The notes under the pieces: generated by a model
Seen by the model: only the letters and a program-made list of their open reading frames with translations
Told to the model about the DNA's origin: nothing
Database searches by the model: none
Part shown: positions 61,143 through 64,000 of the stretch, piece after piece
How the letters are laid out: each line of letters starts with the position of its first letter
How positions within the stretch are numbered: the stretch's first letter is position 1
NCBI GenBank assembly: GCA_043228905.1
Contig: JBHGNT010000013.1
Coordinates: forward strand, 20,584,001-20,648,000
Direction of reading: 5' to 3'
Length of the DNA: 64,000 bases
Origin: Azolla caroliniana
Taxonomy: Eukaryota > Plantae > Polypodiophyta
Made by a program: the position numbers and the translations under genes

Positions 61143-62447
61143 GGAAAGAAACTAAAAAATAGAGACGATGATGAGGAGAACTAAAAGCCAATGAAAATTA
61201 TGAGAAGAAACTAGGAGATAGAAATGGCGAGGAAGATAGGAAATGAAGCGATGTTGATGATGGTACGATGACGATGGTAACTCTAGAAGCAAGGGCGATG
61301 ACGGAGATGGGTGATGCTTCTAGTTGGAAGGTGAACAAACTGTCACGGACACACCCAATGTGGACTAAGACGGAGCACGGATGATGAGACTACGACGGAG
61401 CGATGACGGAATGACACAAGAGCATAAAGATAGATATGAAGATCATGGAGACAAGATTGGGCGAAACGAAAATACTAGATTGATATGTCCATGACTGGCG
61501 TTGTTCACCTTTGGAGGACCCCATGATAGCCAGCCTAACTGGAGTGGATGCCAATGCACAGAATTCTAAGGACAACTCTCAAAAGGAAGATGAAGAGAAT
61601 GATGAACTCATAGCAATGTAATGATTTTTGTATTTTATAAAAACATTGTAATCAAAGTTTTATTCTCTGTAAAGTAAGTTTGATTCCATGTTTATATTGT
61701 TTCTTTAAATATGTTTACCGATGTTTATATTGTTACATTTGTGTTGTTGCTATCGACGTTATAACATTACTAAGATTTACTAAGCTATGTATGTTTTAAT
61801 TGATGTACTTGTTATAAATGTTTTAATCTAAACTTCCCTTTTGATCATCGAATATGTTCTACAATTCAGACCCACCTTACTTTTGGGTTTGTGACCATAA
61901 TGAGTGTCCAAGTGTATTTCAATTATATGATACGTGTGTATGGGTGTCCTCTCTCATAGGTGTGTATTGGAGAAACTCTCTCATGGGTATGTATATCGGG
62001 CAACATTCAGTAAGTATTAGAGTGCATAACACATAATCACTAACTTTAGCTATCACTTCCATTTCTTCTCCCTACACCTCCACGCGATGGTTAAACCTGG
62101 AGATTAATTTTTGTATAGACCATGTTCATATTTTGTAATTTAACTACATTTTATGTCCAAAAATCATGATTTTCTCAACATTTCAACCAACTTTGCAAAT
62201 TGCATCATACTGTCTGAAAGTTTAAGGATTGTCAATTGAAAAAAGAATTGTCATATGATATAATGTACTTGAAGATCATCAACTTTAACAACATTTAAAA
62301 AAATACATGTTTTTTACTTTCAAACTTGTTAAATATTAATAATTTAGCAAATTCTATATGGGTTGACGAACATGTGACACTGGTGTAACACGTTCCTATA
62401 TATTGCATAAATTTGCAAAATTGTGAAAGGAATCTAAAAGTGGAATG

Positions 62448-62800
62448 CGCGATCCTTCCACTTCTGAACGCAAACGTGTTTTGCTCATCCACCTTGCCCA
62501 AACTCCATATCATGGCATCTTTCCATTGTTTTTTTATTTTCACACCTATTGTGATACCATATGATGAGTCTACATGAGCACCCATTTGTTGTTCTAGCCA
62601 CCCGAGTGCTTCTTCTCTGTTATGAGCGATCCTTCCACTTCTGAACGCGAACATGTTTTGCTCATTTGCCTTGCCCAAACTCCATATCATGGCATCTTTC
62701 CATTGTCTTTTTATTTTCACACCTATTGTGGTACCATATGATGAGTCTACATGAGCACCCATTTGTTGTTCTAGCCACCCGAGTGCTTCTTCTCTGTTGT
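62448..62800. repeat. ~178-bp tandem duplication
   Basis: GCGATCCTTCCACTTCTGAACGC at ~62448 and ~62626. Confidence 0.85.
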
Positions 62801-64000
62801 GGGATTCCTTATTTCCAACAACCAGAATATAGAACAGTCCAGCGATCTGGCCTTTGCATCACAATTACCATAGATATTGATTCTACACATGTTCTCCTTC
62901 TTCATCTTAGTTCGACACATTTCCTTGAACCACTTTTTGCTTGTTAGTTTCAATTTAATTTGTTGTCCAATATTCGATAGGGGGGTCTCTTTGTATTGAA
63001 GATTCCATTTTACTCTAGGCCGTTTACGCGTACCTTTATTTTTCTCCATCCCATTCTCCTCCTCTTTTCTAGCACGCATGTGCCTTTTCATTGTTGCTAT
63101 CCCCGTAATAATATATTGGGTTGTTGTCAATGACTTATCTTGCTCTTTCAAGGGGCTTACAACATTTCCAATACTTATTTCGTCTACCTCATCTATACTT
63201 TCATGATGCATTTGGTTAGTTTCATCCTCTAACAAGTCATCTTCCTTCTACAATTTCTGCGTACCATTAATAGCTCTCACATAGTTGCTCTCTAGATTTG
63301 CCTTCATTCTTGCTTCCCTTTCATTAGTTGTGTTTTCATTGTCCTCTAAGGTTAAGAGTTCTTATTTGTTGCTAAGTGGAAGCTATTCTTGTCCAGCCAT
63401 ATTTTTTTGTTTTCCTTTATTGTTGCTACTTCCATCCATCTTCATTCATACTCACTGCATGGATTCTCGGATTGTTCTGTGGCATCAGACTGGTTGTGCT
63501 TTTCCATCCTTGCTTCCCATTTCTACAATGCATGATCTCCTTACTTCTAGGGCATTCCCGGGCCATATGCCTCATTTGTCTACATACAAAGCATTGCCTT
63601 GGGAGTCCGACATATTCCATTGTTTGTACATGGTCAGCCATTTGTTTGCTGCTAAGCAACATCGATTGCGGTAGGGCCTTTACGTTCGAGACAATTAATT
63701 TGATCCTCAGCGTTTCACTTATTCTCTCTACCAATGTTTTTTCCAAGCATTGCCCTCCCATACTTTTGCCAATGGCCGGGAGAAAAGAGTCCCATTGCTT
63801 AGGTAATCCAAGGAAAAAGGCCATTACCACTGTTGGATTGCCTATACAAGCATATGATTTACACATGTCAAATTCTGCATCCCATTTGAATACATAGGCT
63901 CTTGCATTGTTCCATGTCAACGGGCTACTCTCGATAATTTTGCATATATTCATTTCAAGCATCACAGTGACATGGTAAAACCCCTTTCCCATAAATGTGA
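62771..64000 (-). mobile_element. Degenerate L1 LINE ORF1 (DUF4283-like region plus zinc knuckle), runs off the window end
   Basis: GKGFYHV, FLGLPKQW...AIGKSMG, EYVGLPRQCFVCRQMRHMARECP. Confidence 0.7.

Larger units (their letters stand above)
44433..61511 (-). mobile_element. Non-coding LTR element (TRIM/LARD-like) with putative self-priming PBS; full 3' LTR 44433-44858, 5' LTR reduced to 61341-61511; hosts the nested Ty3 insertions
   Basis: Direct repeat TGTCACRGACACACC...TTGTTCACCTT at 44433 and 61341; PPT complement TTATACCCTCTCC at 44859-44871; the internal ~1.7 kb is mostly a tandem array. Confidence 0.8.

Overview
AT-rich land-plant nuclear DNA, probably a bryophyte (inferred from gene and TE style). 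It holds two host genes: an 8-coding-exon prolyl 4-hydroxylase with a C-terminal ShKT domain (4642-15046, +; 7.4-kb TE-filled first coding intron) and an intronless plant-specific low-complexity protein (20928-22157, -). The rest is mostly transposons: L1 and RTEX/L2-like LINE fragments, hAT-type MITEs, Copia remnants and a GC-rich tRNA-Trp-primed Ty3/gypsy family. That family is present as one intact copy (47297-54462), one decayed autonomous copy and two gag-only derivatives. Main finds, none visible as a whole in the ORF track: (1) a spliced, pseudogenised prokaryote-type beta-class N6A/N4C DNA methyltransferase (35276-~41642, -), split by a Ty3 insertion; (2) a non-coding LTR element (44433-61511) with an 11-nt Tf1-style self-priming signature and a hairpin-array body, which hosts the nested Ty3 copies; (3) two covarying RNA structures in the Ty3 family, a -1 frameshift pseudoknot placed after the protease and a palindromic-loop hairpin just before the PPT.
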